A DNA stretch of 64,000 nucleotides from Harriotta raleighana (Eukaryota), in assembly GCA_050575255.1 (NCBI GenBank), contig JBNZDD010013660.1, positions 2,090,387 to 2,154,386 on the forward strand, given 5' to 3'. The position numbers were made by a program, and so were the translations under genes. Numbering within the stretch: the first letter of the stretch is position 1; every line of letters starts with the position of its first letter. Positions 14,178 to 27,667 of this stretch are shown here, one piece after another. Under the pieces are notes generated by a model, which was given only the letters and a program-made list of their open reading frames with translations, was not told the DNA's origin and did not search any database.

Positions 14178-15260
14178 ATAATACAAAATTACATTCGGAA
14201 ACTGCCTTTCATGTAAGGTAGACATCCCAAGGTACTGAACAGTCAGGGATTAGGACCTGAGGTGTGGGGGTGGGTTTGGGATCAGAGAGTGTGGACAGCA
14301 GAGAGGATAGGAGTGTAGCAAAAGCACGGTCAAAGAGAGTGTTTGAGGTGTTCCTTGAAGGAATTCATGGAGGGAATGAGCTGAAGAGAATGTGGGATAG
14401 AGTTCCAGAGGGCGAGGGCAAAGATCCTGAAGGCCCGACTGCAGATAGTGGGGCAGGACGAGCGGGGACATGGAGCAGGCCAAAGCTTGTTGAGCAGAGA
14501 GAGCCGGCAGGTGGATAGAAGGTTAGCAGTCAGTGAGGTACGAGGGGACAAGGCCATGAAAGGCCTCGAAGGCGAGGATCAGGATTTTGAACTTAATTCT
14601 CTGAGGGTTAGGAGCCAATGGATCTAGACGAGGGTGGAGGTGATGGTACAGGAGAGAACATGACTTGCAGAGTTCTGGATGATCTGCAACTTGTGGAGGA
14701 AAGAGTTGCGAAGGCCAACAAGCAGGATGTTGGCAAAGTTGAGCCTGGATATAATGAAAGTACGTATGAGGGTTTTGGCAGCCTGAGTGATGAGGCAGGG
14801 GCGGTGTTGGGCAATGTTGCAGAGATGGGGGGTGATGTCACCAAGAGGAAGCATGTTTATGACTAACAATAATCCCTCCAAAAAGCAATAAATTGGTCAA
14901 TTCAATTCATGACTGTTTGTGGGACACTGCTGTGCGCAATTTGCTGCCGTATTTCACCTACGTACATACAGTCAATTCACTTTACAGTATATTTTGTGAA
15001 TCACTTTGAGACATCTAGAAGTTGTGAAAAGCGCGATATCAAATGCGAGGATATTATTATTATGTACAGGTTGAAGAGAAGAGGACCGAGGACAGAAACC
15101 TGAGGACCTACTATGAAAAGGAGAAGTTGTTTGTGGAGACAAAATGGATCTGGTGGGAGAAATAGGATCTGAACCATTCAAGGACAAAGCCTTGAAGGTT
15201 AAGGTGAGCGGAGAGGAGGTGAAGGACGATAAAATCGTGCACTGTGTTGAAGAATGTGGG
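14178..15260 (-). mobile_element. L2 LINE 3' fragment (RT remnant), internally deleted and interrupted by a SINE
   Basis: Translated remnants FNTVHD..LEWFRSY, MLPLGDI and TLIRTFIISRLNFANILLVGL..KLQIIQNSA; L2-type 3' tail near 14180-14240. Confidence 0.88.
14860..15062 (+). mobile_element. 5'-truncated SINE inserted antisense into an L2 LINE
   Basis: SINE core and tail interrupt the L2 RT coding sequence at the Met codon of LLFNLY-M-LPLGDI. Confidence 0.85.
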
Positions 15261-15569
15261 TGATTGTTTCACAAAGCTTGGTGTGGGAGAGGACATGAGC
15301 TGCAAAATTCTGCAAAAGCTGCAGATTGTGGAGGGAAGATTTGGGAAGTCTAGCGCATAGGGAGTAAGTACTGTATAGTCACTTTCTTCAGAAGCACTTG
15401 TTTTTGCCTTAGACATTTAGATTTTTCACCCATTATACATTTCATTGAGAGTACATTATAGATTTCATTAAAATTGATGTGCGATCACTGAAAAAATACA
15501 ACATTTTCTACAGGGAATCCTCTGTTTAACCAATAAAGTCTTGCAACCCTGCAAGACAAAGTCCTTATG

Positions 15570-15768
15570 CCTTGCCCCATCCCTGGCCTCCATCAAGACC
15601 CGCCTCAAGAACCTCCTCTTCGACTCTCCCATTGGTCACTCGAAACCCCTCCCTTTCCTTCCACCCTCCCTGTCCCCAGCTTGGATCTGAAACAATGACT
15701 GTCTGGCCCCTTGGGACGTCCTCCTGATGTGAAAAGCGCTATACAAGTATAATTTTGTTGATGTTGTT
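15570..15768 (+). mobile_element. L2 3' tail fragment
   Basis: CTCAAGAACCTCCTCTTCGAC..TTGGGACGTCCTCCTGATGTGAAAAGCGCTATA..(GTT)n. Similar tails occur at about 2700-2940(+), 13674-13880(-), 20099-20310(-), 34530-34655(+), 37800-37975(-) and 62225-62430(+). Confidence 0.8.
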
Positions 15769-18184
15769 GGATAAGCATCTGGAGGCTGGCAAGTCAGTGT
15801 TTGTAATGGAAAGCTATGAGGTTTTAACTACATAATTACCTCCAATGGATACTCGGAAGTCCCCAAATTGGTTTTTATCAACCTTTGCCTGACCTTTTTT
15901 GGGATTAAGTAAGCAGAGTGCGTTCCTATGGGTGAAAGAATGCCCTTTGTACATGAGGAGAATTTTCTATGCATATGTGGAACTTTCAATCATTTGGTTT
16001 TGATACTGTTTAGTATAGGCGTAAGTTTCTGTGTGTGTCAGACCTACCCCCAGTTGACTAAAAGCAGGTCTGGTTTGAAAATCCACAGAACGTTTGCTGA
16101 GAGGCACTTTTTCTAAATTTACGATTTGACATTTCAGTGTTCCATTCCATTCTGAACATTGTTTATATTGCCGACATGTTATCAGGCGAAGCTCAGAGAA
16201 AACAGCTCTTATTATGTGTTTCGTTGGCCCAATAGCAGCACCTCCTGTCGACCTACATTCACAACATAACATTGTGTGATTCTGTTCATTACCATTCACC
16301 TCGGGAATCTGACTTAACTGTTCCAATGTGAATTTTTTTACTTGCATCTAACAGTTAATTTAATTATGACTGCCAATCTCTATATTTAAAATACAATGAT
16401 TTCAATTATTTGGTTATTTTACTATGCACTACTCACGATAAACTAAATGCGGGTTCAAATAAGTACCAATTCAGAGCAAGTGTTGCCTGATAAATTTACC
16501 ATGCTGGGTTGACACCATTCACATCCGAAGCTATGATTTGCTAATCAATTGCTGGCTGCATATCCCCTCTGCAAAACTATATCTGATGCAATGCTAACAT
16601 TGTTATGTTCCTTTTATTTAGTTTGAATGTTAAGGAATACAAAGTGAAGGGATCAGAAACACATCGACAAACCTGAAGCTGTTGCAGTTTGCCAATATTA
16701 ATTTGACAAAGAGCCGAAGTAAAATCATGCCAACCATATAGCAAACATGAAAACGCAGACTTTCCCAGAAGATAGCATGAAGTAAGCCATGTCCAGCAGA
16801 GATAGTGCTGCTTCCAACTAAACAACAATGGAGAAAGAAAGAAGCAAACAGCGTCAATGGACTTGCCGTCAAAAAGGAGCCAAGTGCAAGCTAAGTTGTT
16901 CCCTTGAGTTTATAAAATGCTCTTATTGTTGACTCTCATAACAAAGAGAGAAGCCAAAAACACAAACTCAAATTAACATTGATTTCTCCTAAACCTTCCC
17001 TGCAGAGTTGCTTTGCTCAGATGCTGACTCATTTTCGCTGACACTGAGTCCAATAACTTTCACACAAAAGCAATGTCAAAAGGTGAGTTAGCAGAAGGAG
17101 CAGGTAATAAACTACAAGAATTGCAAGTCATTCTGCAGAATGCAATCACGTTTCTCCAGCTTAACTGCTGGCAGTGAGAGGACAGAACAAAGTGGTAATT
17201 GATCACGTTCGCTTTCTTTGAAGATAAACTTTTTAATTAATTTTGGAAAAGTTAAAGCAAATTGGCTCTACTAAAAAACTAACGTGCATGAAACAGACCA
17301 GTAAATGGGATGGAAAATTGTACTCAAACTTTATCTCACTGCTAAACTCGTCCCACAGAGTCTTAATAGAATCAGGTAGCTGCTTAAGCATTATCAGGGT
17401 ATTAAATACATGCATGTGGAATTCAAACAAAATTCAATTTATCCAGCAAGGCAAAGACAGTGGTGTCGGGGGAAAGGAGAAATAAACCTTCTTGTGCTTT
17501 TCGAGGCGTGAATGCTGCTAAAAGTGTCATCTTAAAATACTCTCAGATCACTATATGATCTAGATGCCCCCAACAATACGACCCAGACCCAATCATGCAA
17601 AAAAACTCCTTACTGAACCAATATGTAACCAGCCAACTAGCAGCATCCTTGACCGTGTGTGCTGTCAATTTGTGCTGCATAAAAGGCACTTTTGTAAGTG
17701 GATTTAAAGAACAGTCCTAAATAATTTCACATAGATGAAATTACCCTTGCAGCAAACACAAAGATGCTACTTTCACTGAGTTTACTCTTGGTCCAGATAG
17801 GTGAGAAATTCCAGCATGTAACCCAATACAAGACCAATTTCCCCTCAAGAGACTTTTTTTTCCCCTTATTTCCTGCTGCACTTTCTCACATAATCATGTA
17901 ATAAACAATACTCTATTATGGTGTTCAGTGAGGAACATTCAGTTTTTGTTTTTATTCCTATTGTTTAGAGCACTAGCCTTGCAAGCATAGGTTCGATTCC
18001 CAGGCAGGGCAAAACATGAGGCAAGTTTCCTTACTCCACACAAATCTGTTTTCAGCCACTACGCTATGTAACTCTGGAACACTTTTCCTCAATCTCTCTG
18101 CACTGCCCCTCTCTCCACTTTGTCAAGTCCTGCCTGAAAATCTTCGACTGTGGTTACTGTCACCTCCTCCTCCTGGCTCACAGT

Positions 18185-18513
18185 CAGAGGCGTTTTTAAC
18201 GTAGGTGCAATTGGTGCAATGCATCGACGGGCCCCTCTTATTGCAGGCCGGAGGGCCTCCCTAAAGTAATGCAAAGAATCATCGATCTGGGAGGATTTGA
18301 GTGTGCTGTGCTCTTATCTATATCTGTATAGCGAAACCCAGAGCTCTCCCCATCCCGGTGGAGCAGGCGGGCTGCCTACACAGGCATCGCATCCGCCGAA
18401 AGTTAATTTTCCAAAAATAAAATTGCGCTGAGCGCACTTATTAAATGTGACGTCAGTGAAGAGCCCCCTAGGAAAATGCACCGAGTAGTGTGAAGGCTTT
18501 AATCACGCCTCTG
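18185..18513. mobile_element. hAT-type MITE
   Basis: Perfect 8-bp TSD CTCACAGT (18177-18184 / 18514-18521); TIR CAGAGGCGT(TT/GA)TTAA; inserted in an L2 3' fragment. Confidence 0.88.
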
Positions 18514-19208
18514 CTCACAGTCAGGCTCCACCATTGTTAAACAATCTGAGACGCTAGCCTGCATGGAGGGTGCTATACAAGTGTAAGTTTACGTAGCATG
18601 AAGTAATTGCCTGGTTATTAATTGATTGGCAGATTGCTTTTCTGAGGGTAACAATTCTTTCCAAAAATATAAAATTGGTCCCTCAATCCATACCTTTTTG
18701 CGGAAATTGAGCATGTTTGGCAACTGTGTTTCACCCACAAAATATACAGTCAATTCCCTTTAAAGTATATTCTCTGAAGTGCTTTGAGATATCTCAAATA
18801 CATCATAAAGTGTTACATCAAATGCAAAAATTATTATTATTATGACAGCAGAAACCTGATGTACCTTTACTTTGCTTTATCAGACAGAAGTCCCAAGTAA
18901 ATAATGAGTTTGCAAAAGCTGGCAAGAATTCTCTTGTTCCTCAGTTATCTCGAAATTCAGAGAATTAACATCTACCATTCCAAAATGCCACAGAATAAAA
19001 TAAGACTATTAGTCACTAAAACGTGACTGAATAATTCCAGAGATTGGTTTAATTGTTGACTATGTGCAAGCTATTATCATAAGTGCTAGTACATTGAACA
19101 AGGTTGAATGTGCTTAACGGAAAAAGGAAAGAACATAACTTATCTTGAATGTTTGATTATGTCCTGTCTACCGGCACTCCCAGATATTCACACTTAAAAA
19201 CAAAACTA

Positions 19209-19827
19209 CAGGCAGTCCTCAAGTTATGTCAGGGTTAGGTTCCTAAGATGTGGTGTAAGTTGAATTTGTATGTAAGTCGAGTCACCTCCCTATAATGCTT
19301 ACAGTAACATACAGTGATTGGTTGTAGTATATAGTGAGCTGCCCTCTCTCCCCAGCACCCCTCCTAATATGTACAGTACTGTAAATAAAATAAAATATTA
19401 CTATACTTACATGGCTTCATTGTGAGTCTGGCACTCGATGTAGCGCAACACAGGAGATCACACGTGACGTAACGCAACACAGATCACATGCGACGTAGCG
19501 CAACGCAGGAGATCACATGCAACGTAGCGCACCGTCTAAAGGCTGGAGAGTACTGTCCCGCCGAGCTCACAGACTCACACAGTACCTGTACAGTACACAC
19601 TCGGGTCTCGCCTCCATCCTTTTCCTGTCCTGACCGCGTATCGTGGTCTCGTAAGTGTTGAGAGCGGCGACTCCAGTTTTCTATCGCGCGTGGGGCAACT
19701 AAAGTATTTACATAGTAGTGTCGTAACTTCGAGACTTTGGTTGTAACTCGGACATAATTTTACTGATATTTAGCGTCGTAACTTCAAATTGTCGTACCTC
19801 GAAACGTCGTAACTAGAGGACTGCCTG
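19209..19827. mobile_element. Tc1/mariner (Tigger-like) MITE, family B
   Basis: TA TSD; TIR CAGGCAGTCCTC(A/T)AGTTA; repeated subterminal GTCGTAACT motifs; internal ~29-nt tandem repeat. Confidence 0.92.
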
Positions 19828-20370
19828 TACAGTATACATGTTTGTGACTGCACTACAGGCATACCTGGGAGCTAGGTTTGAATAACCTATAATACATGTG
19901 ACATTACTGCAAACTTCTTCAGTTTAACATTAATCCTGACTTGCTCTTGTGCAGAATTTTATGCCTCATTAATATGGCTGGAAGCAAAGTACATAGAACT
20001 CTGAAATTAAGTATCTTTTAAAGAAATATTATTGAGCAGCGGTCACATAAAAACCCTTGTGGAACTACAGTATGAGGAAACAAAGCCAGATTCAATTAAA
20101 CAAAATGACATTTCATGTAGGGAGGACGTCCCAAGGCACAAGGCACCAAACAGTCGGTGTTTCGGATCTGAGCTGTGGTTGGGATCAAGGAGGTTGGAGG
20201 GAAAGGAGATAACTGATAACAGTCGAAGAGGAGGATCTTGAGGTGGAACTTGAAGGAGGCTAGGGAGGGGGCAAGGTGGAGGGATTGCAGGATGGGATTT
20301 CAGGATTTAAAAGCTCTCCTTCCTCTTTTCCCACTCTGCCCAGATTATTATTTATTTTCCTGAAACCTTA

Positions 20371-20667
20371 ATAATAATAATTTTTGCATTTAATATAGCA
20401 CCTTATCAATTTTTCAAGGCTTTTCACAGAATATTCTGCAAAGTGAATTGACTGTATATTTGTGGGCAAAACGCGTCAGCCAATTGCATCCAGCCGTTTC
20501 CCACAAACAGTCATGGATTGAAATAACTCAATTATTATTACAGTATTTTGTTCTTAAGGGATTATTATCAGGCATGTGGAGAAAGAAAACTTTCCCAAGG
20601 CTTTGTCCTGGAATCGAACCCAGATTTCTCACTTGCGAGGCGAATGCTCTAACAACCATATGAGCTA
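20371..20667 (-). mobile_element. tRNA-derived SINE, same family
   Basis: B box GGTTCGATTCC, core and tail colinear with the other copies. Confidence 0.85.
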
Positions 20668-23339
20668 GCTTTGATTGATCTGGAGGGAGAAATTCACTTT
20701 CTTTCTGCATTTACGTTGTGGATACAAGAGCAATCCTGAAATAACTTCCTTAAGGTGGTGTTAGCAACGGGATATTATCGACATTCACTCCCAAACTGCA
20801 ACGTTGAATCTGATTCACAGTGTACGATGAATTTAAAGCAGTGGAAATCAACAATTGATTTTTTTGGGGTTCACAACAGCAAAGGAATGAGTTGCTTTAC
20901 ACTTGTTATTGTTTTCAACCTCTCTAGATACACACTTCTCCCTTGTTCAAAAAATATTATTTTCTTTCTGCATGCCAGAAATGATCCAGTATCTTGGACA
21001 TCTTCCCGACAAGATAGGCGTTACATAAATATAATTTGTTGTTGTTGTTATTCACTTACAAAATGCAGTCACTACATTACAGTATTTCATGTCAAGTGCT
21101 TTGAGTTGCCTCCAAGATGTAATAAGGTGTTGTATTCAAATGCAGGGTTTATTGTATATACTATTATTTCATCCGAACGAGATGAACAAAGCAGTTTGTC
21201 TCCTTGGGATTGTCTGCTTCAGGACAGTCTTTAGGAGGTGTATGGCAGTGGCTCCTCGTGCTTACTCTCCCCCTCCCCCATTACAGACCCTACAATTCTC
21301 TCTCCTTCGTGCCTGTTGGAAGGTATATCCATTAACATGGCAATGGTGGCACAAGTTAATAGGTGAGAAATTGTCCATGTAATTGCTATATGTATCCAGG
21401 TCTCAGTAAGATTTATTCAAACAGTTAATTCGGGCAATGAAATTAAAGAAAATCTGAGGCCTGTTTGCTCTTGGCTCTAACTAATCCCTACCACAAAATA
21501 GCCGCTCACATCACACTTAGTACATGGTCCATTTTCTATTTGTAAATATTTCCAGTGCTACCCCTCCCTGCTCCGTGTAATAGCTCTCAGCCAAGCAAGC
21601 TTGAAAGCCTGGCAAGACAAATTGTTCCTGTCAGATATTTCTAAATTTGAGGCTTAAGATCCACTGTGAGCTTTGAAGATCTAACACATGGTAGCAATCT
21701 ATGGTTTGTTAGGTAGATAAATAATGCAAATAAGTGAAGACAGAGAGTAAAAGACACAAATACACTCAACTATTATGCCCTGACCTCTGGAACTCCCTTC
21801 CCTCGCTCCGTCTTTAAATCCCGTCTTTAAATCTCGTTTTACAATACAAACAATACACAATAACTTATTGTATTTATATAGCGCATTTCACATTTGGAGA
21901 ATGTCCCACATCAACCTACCTCCTCAACCTTTGCAATGTCCTGATGTGAAAGGTACCATTATCAAACACAAGGATTTTACTTATTTTGTTGAAAGCCACG
22001 CATTTTATCCCTGCTTTGGTCATATTTTCTCGATGGAAGAAAATAGGATTATATCAAAATAGACAACAATTTAATACCAGAGATATGTGAATGTCAGAAA
22101 TTTGAAGTGAAAGCACACCTTGCTAGAATGGAACAACATCTGAGAGTATTTGGTGTGACCCTTCATCATATAGAATGATACCGAATTTAATACCTAATAC
22201 CTATTCAGTCTAAATAGCCCATGATGTTGTGTAGGTTCCATATCAGCCACCACTGCTCTGAACCTCTTCGGGACTCTCCGAACACGCCTATTCCTATTTA
22301 CTTCTCCCTCATGTGCATTAGATGAATGTGATTCAAAGACTGATATCTGAACTGTCTTTCGCTTGCCCATGTTCATTGGTAATGTTGTGTGTTTCCAGCA
22401 ATGTCTTGAGTTTTTTAAACATCCAAATGGATTGTTTGACATCATTCTTCTCTATAGATCTTTAATGCCTAAAAGCAAGTTTCATTTTGTTCCAAATCTC
22501 CGAATTTTGAATAGAAAGTCTTCAAATGATATGGATTTTCCATCATTTCTTATAGGTCTGTTTATTTTTCGAATCAAGCATAATATTGATACTCCACAGA
22601 AAGGAAACCCAATATAAAAATAATATAAATGGGGCAGAATTATAGCTCTTTGTTGAGGTACTCAATTGTATTCATCATACAGTTTAAGAGATGTTTTGTA
22701 CCAATAAACCATTATCATCTGGTTACAGTGCCTCCTATCAATTGAAACATGGTGACATTTAGCTCCTCACAGACATACGCCTGATAATAAGGACACCTTG
22801 GACCAATTTAGCAGGTGCGTAATGCCACCATTTCAAGTGACCCATATAAAACAACCAACTGAAGGGCTTCTGTGCTCTTAGAGCAGAGCTGTCATGTGCA
22901 TTTTGTGCTTTATTAGTTTACAATTGTTCCTATCAGGAAGGGTTTGTATACAGTACCTGGAATTTTAACTCCGGGTGCAGTGTGTACCCCCGCCCTCCCC
23001 ACTCCACACACACACACTCCTGTATAGGAGCAGTGTGTGTGAGTTGTGAAGCGCATTCACATTAAATTATTCATCCAGCAGTGGCTAATTCCACATCACT
23101 GATGAGCTCTGGGATTCAGATTCATTAACATTATATACTGAAAGAGGAAACCAAATTCTGTTCAGACTCTCAGCCCCAATAAAGTAATATCTTTATTAGA
23201 GCACCTGGATGTGAAAATCCAATTTGTTCAGTAACTTTAATTATAATCCAGCCTGACACCAACCTGATCATAAATCCTGTGTCTTTATTGCACATTTTAT
23301 AGCAATGGAGTATAAACAAATATAGTAAGCAATAATTAA

Positions 23340-23755
23340 AACAAGCTCTTGCATTTGATATAGATATTTTCATGTCAGCAGGATGTCTCAAACTGCCTCA
23401 CAGGATTTACAGTAAACTGTAGTGACTGGGTATTTTGCAGGGGAATGGAGCAGCCAATTTTGCACAAGGTCGTGTACCACAAACAAACACAAAAAAATGA
23501 TTATTTTTATCTGGAGGATACTGGCCAGGACATGCAGAGAAATTCCCTTCAGTTTTCCAATAGTGTAATGGGATCCTTAAAATCCACCTCAACAGGCAGA
23601 CATGAACTTCAGTTTAAAATTTTATCTGAAGGATGACACTTCTGACAATGCAGTGGGTTTACTCCATATTATTATGAGTCTCAGCCGAATCTGTGAGTTC
23701 AAACTCCCAACCTGAAGCATAAATCTATAACACTAACTTGGAGACCAGAGAGCTA
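23340..23755 (-). mobile_element. Old full-Deu-domain SINE (SacSINE1/AmnSINE1-like)
   Basis: The reverse complement carries CCTTCAGAT..AAACTGAAG..GGTGGAT..AAGGATCCCAT..CCTGGCCAGTAT..TTTGTGG..CAAAATTGGCTGC. Related copies at about 11510-11850(-), 24720-25459(+), 28873-29097(-), 58100-58450(+), 58610-58950(-), 6100-6285(+) and 51823-51985(+). Confidence 0.72.
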
Positions 23756-24973
23756 CATAAGATCAAAGTGCTATATAAGCTTGACTGTTACTGTGTGTCA
23801 TAACTCATGAACATGCGTACATCTGCTCCAACACTTGTCTGTCAAGTACTGCAGTGTGCTCTGTCCCCACCTTTAACTCCTTATTGTAATTCACAACTTG
23901 TGTAAAAATAACTGATGTAAAAATGTAAAGTAAGTGCAAGGAAGTATTTACGTTGGCAGTTGCATTCATTTCTAACACATTTCAACAATGTTTCATTTGC
24001 AACAGTACATATTAGAGAGAAGTCTGTGTCTAAATTTAGGCACTTTATTCCTTTCTTCAACAAATGTTATCATTCCTCCTGCTGTCCCTCTGTGAAGCGA
24101 TTACTACATTAGGCCTGGCGACTGTTTAGCAATGAAAACATTAGAGAGATTTTAACTCCTCCAAGCTTCAAAGTTAAAAGAGCAATTGCTCAGCCTCCTC
24201 TTCTCTGCTACCTTTGTCATGTCATTCCTGTGTATGTAACCTCATTAGTTTCCTTCATTATCTATTGAAATATCTGGCTCTTAAACTATTGGTGTGAATA
24301 ACACAAATGCAATAACAGGATATTTTCTGCCTTTACTGTTCTACAGTGTTCCTTCAGGCATGTAGCTCATTTTTAAATGTAATGAATACTCTTCGGTTTA
24401 ACTAGTTATAATAATATGTCTTCCTTATCAGTGCTCGAGGCAAGGCTGCCTTGTCAAAATCTACCTTGGTTGCTATACAGTTGCTATCCACAATACTTCC
24501 ACAAGGAATTGTGCAAAATAAATACTTATGTTGGCTGATTCAGTCATTTTCAACATATTCCAAATGGTACTTTGGTGTAACAGTTGTTTTTACACAGCTG
24601 AAGAGTGCCAAAACGAAGTTAATGTTAGAAAGTGTGCTCACTGCCCTACAGACAGACATGTGGAGAAGAATGGACACTAAGTCTACAGTTACTCAATCTG
24701 AAGTTACATAAAATCCATTAGGTGCTTCGGATGAGATGCTAAACTGGGTTCAATCTGCCTCTTAAGTGGACATTAAAGATCCCATGGCACTTTATAATAA
24801 TAATCCTTGCAATTTTCAAAAAGAGAAGATTCTCCCAATGTTCCGGCCAACAATCTACCAAATAAAAAAATTAGTCACTCAATTGGTCACTCACTCATTT
24901 GTGGGACTTTAGCTACATGAAACTGGCTGCCGCATTTTGCTCACAAATTACACTGTCAATACACTTTACAGTA

Positions 24974-25379
24974 TAGTAAAACCTCATTTATCCGTGACCC
25001 GATCAACTGTGACTCAATTCAATTGCTCGACCCTCTCCTGGGACAATTTCCCATTCCAGAATCGTGAGTTTGCTCACTTTGCGCATGCATGCAATGCGTG
25101 TGCATGCGCACTTAATAAACTTATGCACTTGTTTTTTTAAACCAATTGGTAAAAAATGCAGCATTACCGATTTTTTCCCGACTCTGCTGGAATGCTTTGT
25201 TGGTAAGTATCCACACAATATTCTGTTACTAAGTAGTGTATTATTAACATGGTATGTTTTAAAATAAGTTACATTTTAATGTCGGGTTTTCGGCGACTTC
25301 TCCCTCGTTTATCCGGCACCGTCAATTAGTTGACCCCCACCCCCTCCCCCAAACGTGCCGGATAAACGAGATTTTACTG
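24974..25379. mobile_element. Tc1/mariner MITE, subfamily A', inserted into an old SINE
   Basis: TA TSD and family-A-type TIRs; interior shared with 47555-47893. Confidence 0.85.
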
Positions 25380-27667
25380 TATATCCTGGAAAGCCTTTTG
25401 AGATAAGTCTCAATGACGTGATAACTACTATATCAAATGTAAGAGTTTTCTTATTATTAGAGAAACAGATATTAAGAGGATGAAACTCATGCTCTGAAAC
25501 AGTAAAGCAAAGAGTGATCATTCTGATACTACAATTTATGAATAGAAAGTGCATGATTTTTGTGATCACGTCATATTCACAGCCAAACTTTTAAGAACAA
25601 TATATCTCTCTGTGCTGGATTGTCTCCTTTCTATGCACATGGTTTTTCTGCAGATGTTAAATCAGTCATTGTCTTATTCAATGTACTACGTGCAGAGTAC
25701 TTATATGACTTACTGTCACTTTACGGCCTAATTTTCACATATTCAGATCATCTGGGCTTCTCCTGCTCCTCATGAAACAATTCCCTTTTGTGTTAAGCCG
25801 TCTCCTGTTTGCACATTCTGCAAGTTACTGGTACTGTCAGGCACCAGTAATTATTCATAGTTCATATCCTGGTTTCCGTCATTCGCAATGTTATCCAGGA
25901 TATGACCGAAATGTTCTGCACATTATAAATTATCAGTCGGTTGCCGTATTTATAAATGGATTTGAGACACCTGTACATTCGTTACATTTTCCTCCAGGCT
26001 TTCCAAATCACAGTACTGTGGATCGCCAGGCCGAGAGCTAAGGATTGTGTATTCATTTCACCTAATCCATCATTGTCACTTACAGCATTGCTCAGAAGCA
26101 CCCATATCCTGTTTTTAATGCATTCACTGAAAGCAAAATCATCTTCCACATTCAATGTATTGTATTTCCGTCAGACATTTCAACTTCTAAACTTGCTCTT
26201 CACCATTATGTTCCTGAATCATGTCACAAACATCCTGTTAGATTTCTCTCATATACAGCAGGTAGACACTGTAGTTGCTATTTCTAAAAAAAGAATGACA
26301 AGAATAGTGCATGATCCAGTATATTTGCATCTAGCCCTTGCTCCATCGAACCTAGAACTGTTAAAAACATTTTCCCTGGATGAAAAGCAAGTTGATTGAA
26401 TTCTACGTGAAGCACAGGAATCTCCTTAATCTACTGAAATTTCACATTCCACATTTTTGCACAACTTCTTTGGATAAAAATAATGGCGGTGGGGGGAGGG
26501 AGGGGACTTGACATATTGATTCAATTGTGTCTTACAATAATTTTCCACTAGGCCTCCATAGAAAATATATTATGCAAATGCCATCACATTTCTTAGTATA
26601 TACAGTACACAATTTAGAAGTTGTTCAGTATGTGATGCTCTGCAGATCAATACCACAAATTGGGGATTATATACAGCGATTCCTAATGGATTGTTTAACT
26701 GTGAAAATGCTGAATTACGTCACTCTGACTTACGGGAACTTTGTCGCAACTTGCTCCACTTTCAGAATGGATTTCCTGCAGGTCAATGTGATGTGCTACT
26801 AACTACTAAAAGGTGACCTTACCCAGATTCCATAAGTAAGACATAAGGAATCCTGGAGAGAAATTTCCACGGGATCTAGATTTATTTTGTTTGAGCACTT
26901 CAGAATCACCAGCAAAAAACATTTGGCAAATTGTTAAATACAGTCTTAATTTATCGGCCAGTCTTCTGTCAGTGCCTTGGGACGTCCTTCTGACGCGAAA
27001 GGTGCTAAACAAATATATTTTGATGTTGTCATTATTATTCTGTCAGTTTCTTTTAAGAATTTAAGAAAACTGATTTCAATATCAACACTGAATTCAACAA
27101 TTTGCCAAGTTCTAGATGGTCTTATGTGCTACATTGAGTAATTGTAACCCAGGTAGAAATCCCCTCCTCCCCCATATTCTTTAAATAAGAATTGTGAGTG
27201 AAACTTGCTTCCAAGGAGATGTTACTTTTTCACGTATAAACAGTACAGATTGAACCTGTGCATTCAGATTCCCATGCAACATACTCTTCCGAGAACACTG
27301 TTCTCCAAAAGTCAATACATGCCACAGCAAAAATATGTTCAGAGCCCCATGTGGAAAAGGCTTTATGACCTGTGATTGTTTCTGTAAACTCTAGGGAACC
27401 ACTGAAGACAAGCTCTGCAGCAGCTGCACCTTATGCAGCTCACATTGAAGCAAACCATGATGTGTGTTTATCACCAGAGTCCAATCATACCTAAAACAGA
27501 CTGAGATATAACGTTTTACTACAATGGGCACATTCTGAAACACTTGGCAACTTGCCTTTCTCTTTATCAACACTGAGTTGGCAGAATATTCTCAAACCCT
27601 CTCCCTTCCCCTCATTCCTCAAAGTTTGTTCTAATCAAACCATTCACAGTAGAAACAAAGGACTCAC

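Larger units (their letters stand above)
1..27667 (-). other. znf385d: Intron 2 of znf385d (partial; next exon not in window)
   Basis: Donor gtgagt at 27662-27667. I saw no sequence encoding MDPIQKAVINHTFG between 1 and 27667. Confidence 0.75.

Noticed and set aside
19436-19531. CRISPR-like ~29-nt repeats
   Set aside because: Head-to-tail tandem units without unique spacers, inside a eukaryotic MITE.
22000-22860. Possible decayed viral or Penelope coding remnant
   Set aside because: The frames I translated are interrupted and show no recognisable motif; cannot be supported without TBLASTX.
23001-23044. Hairpin ACTC(CA)n-CTCCT-GTAT-AGGAG..(TG)nAGT
   Set aside because: Pairing is mostly from simple CA/TG dinucleotide repeats; likely chance.
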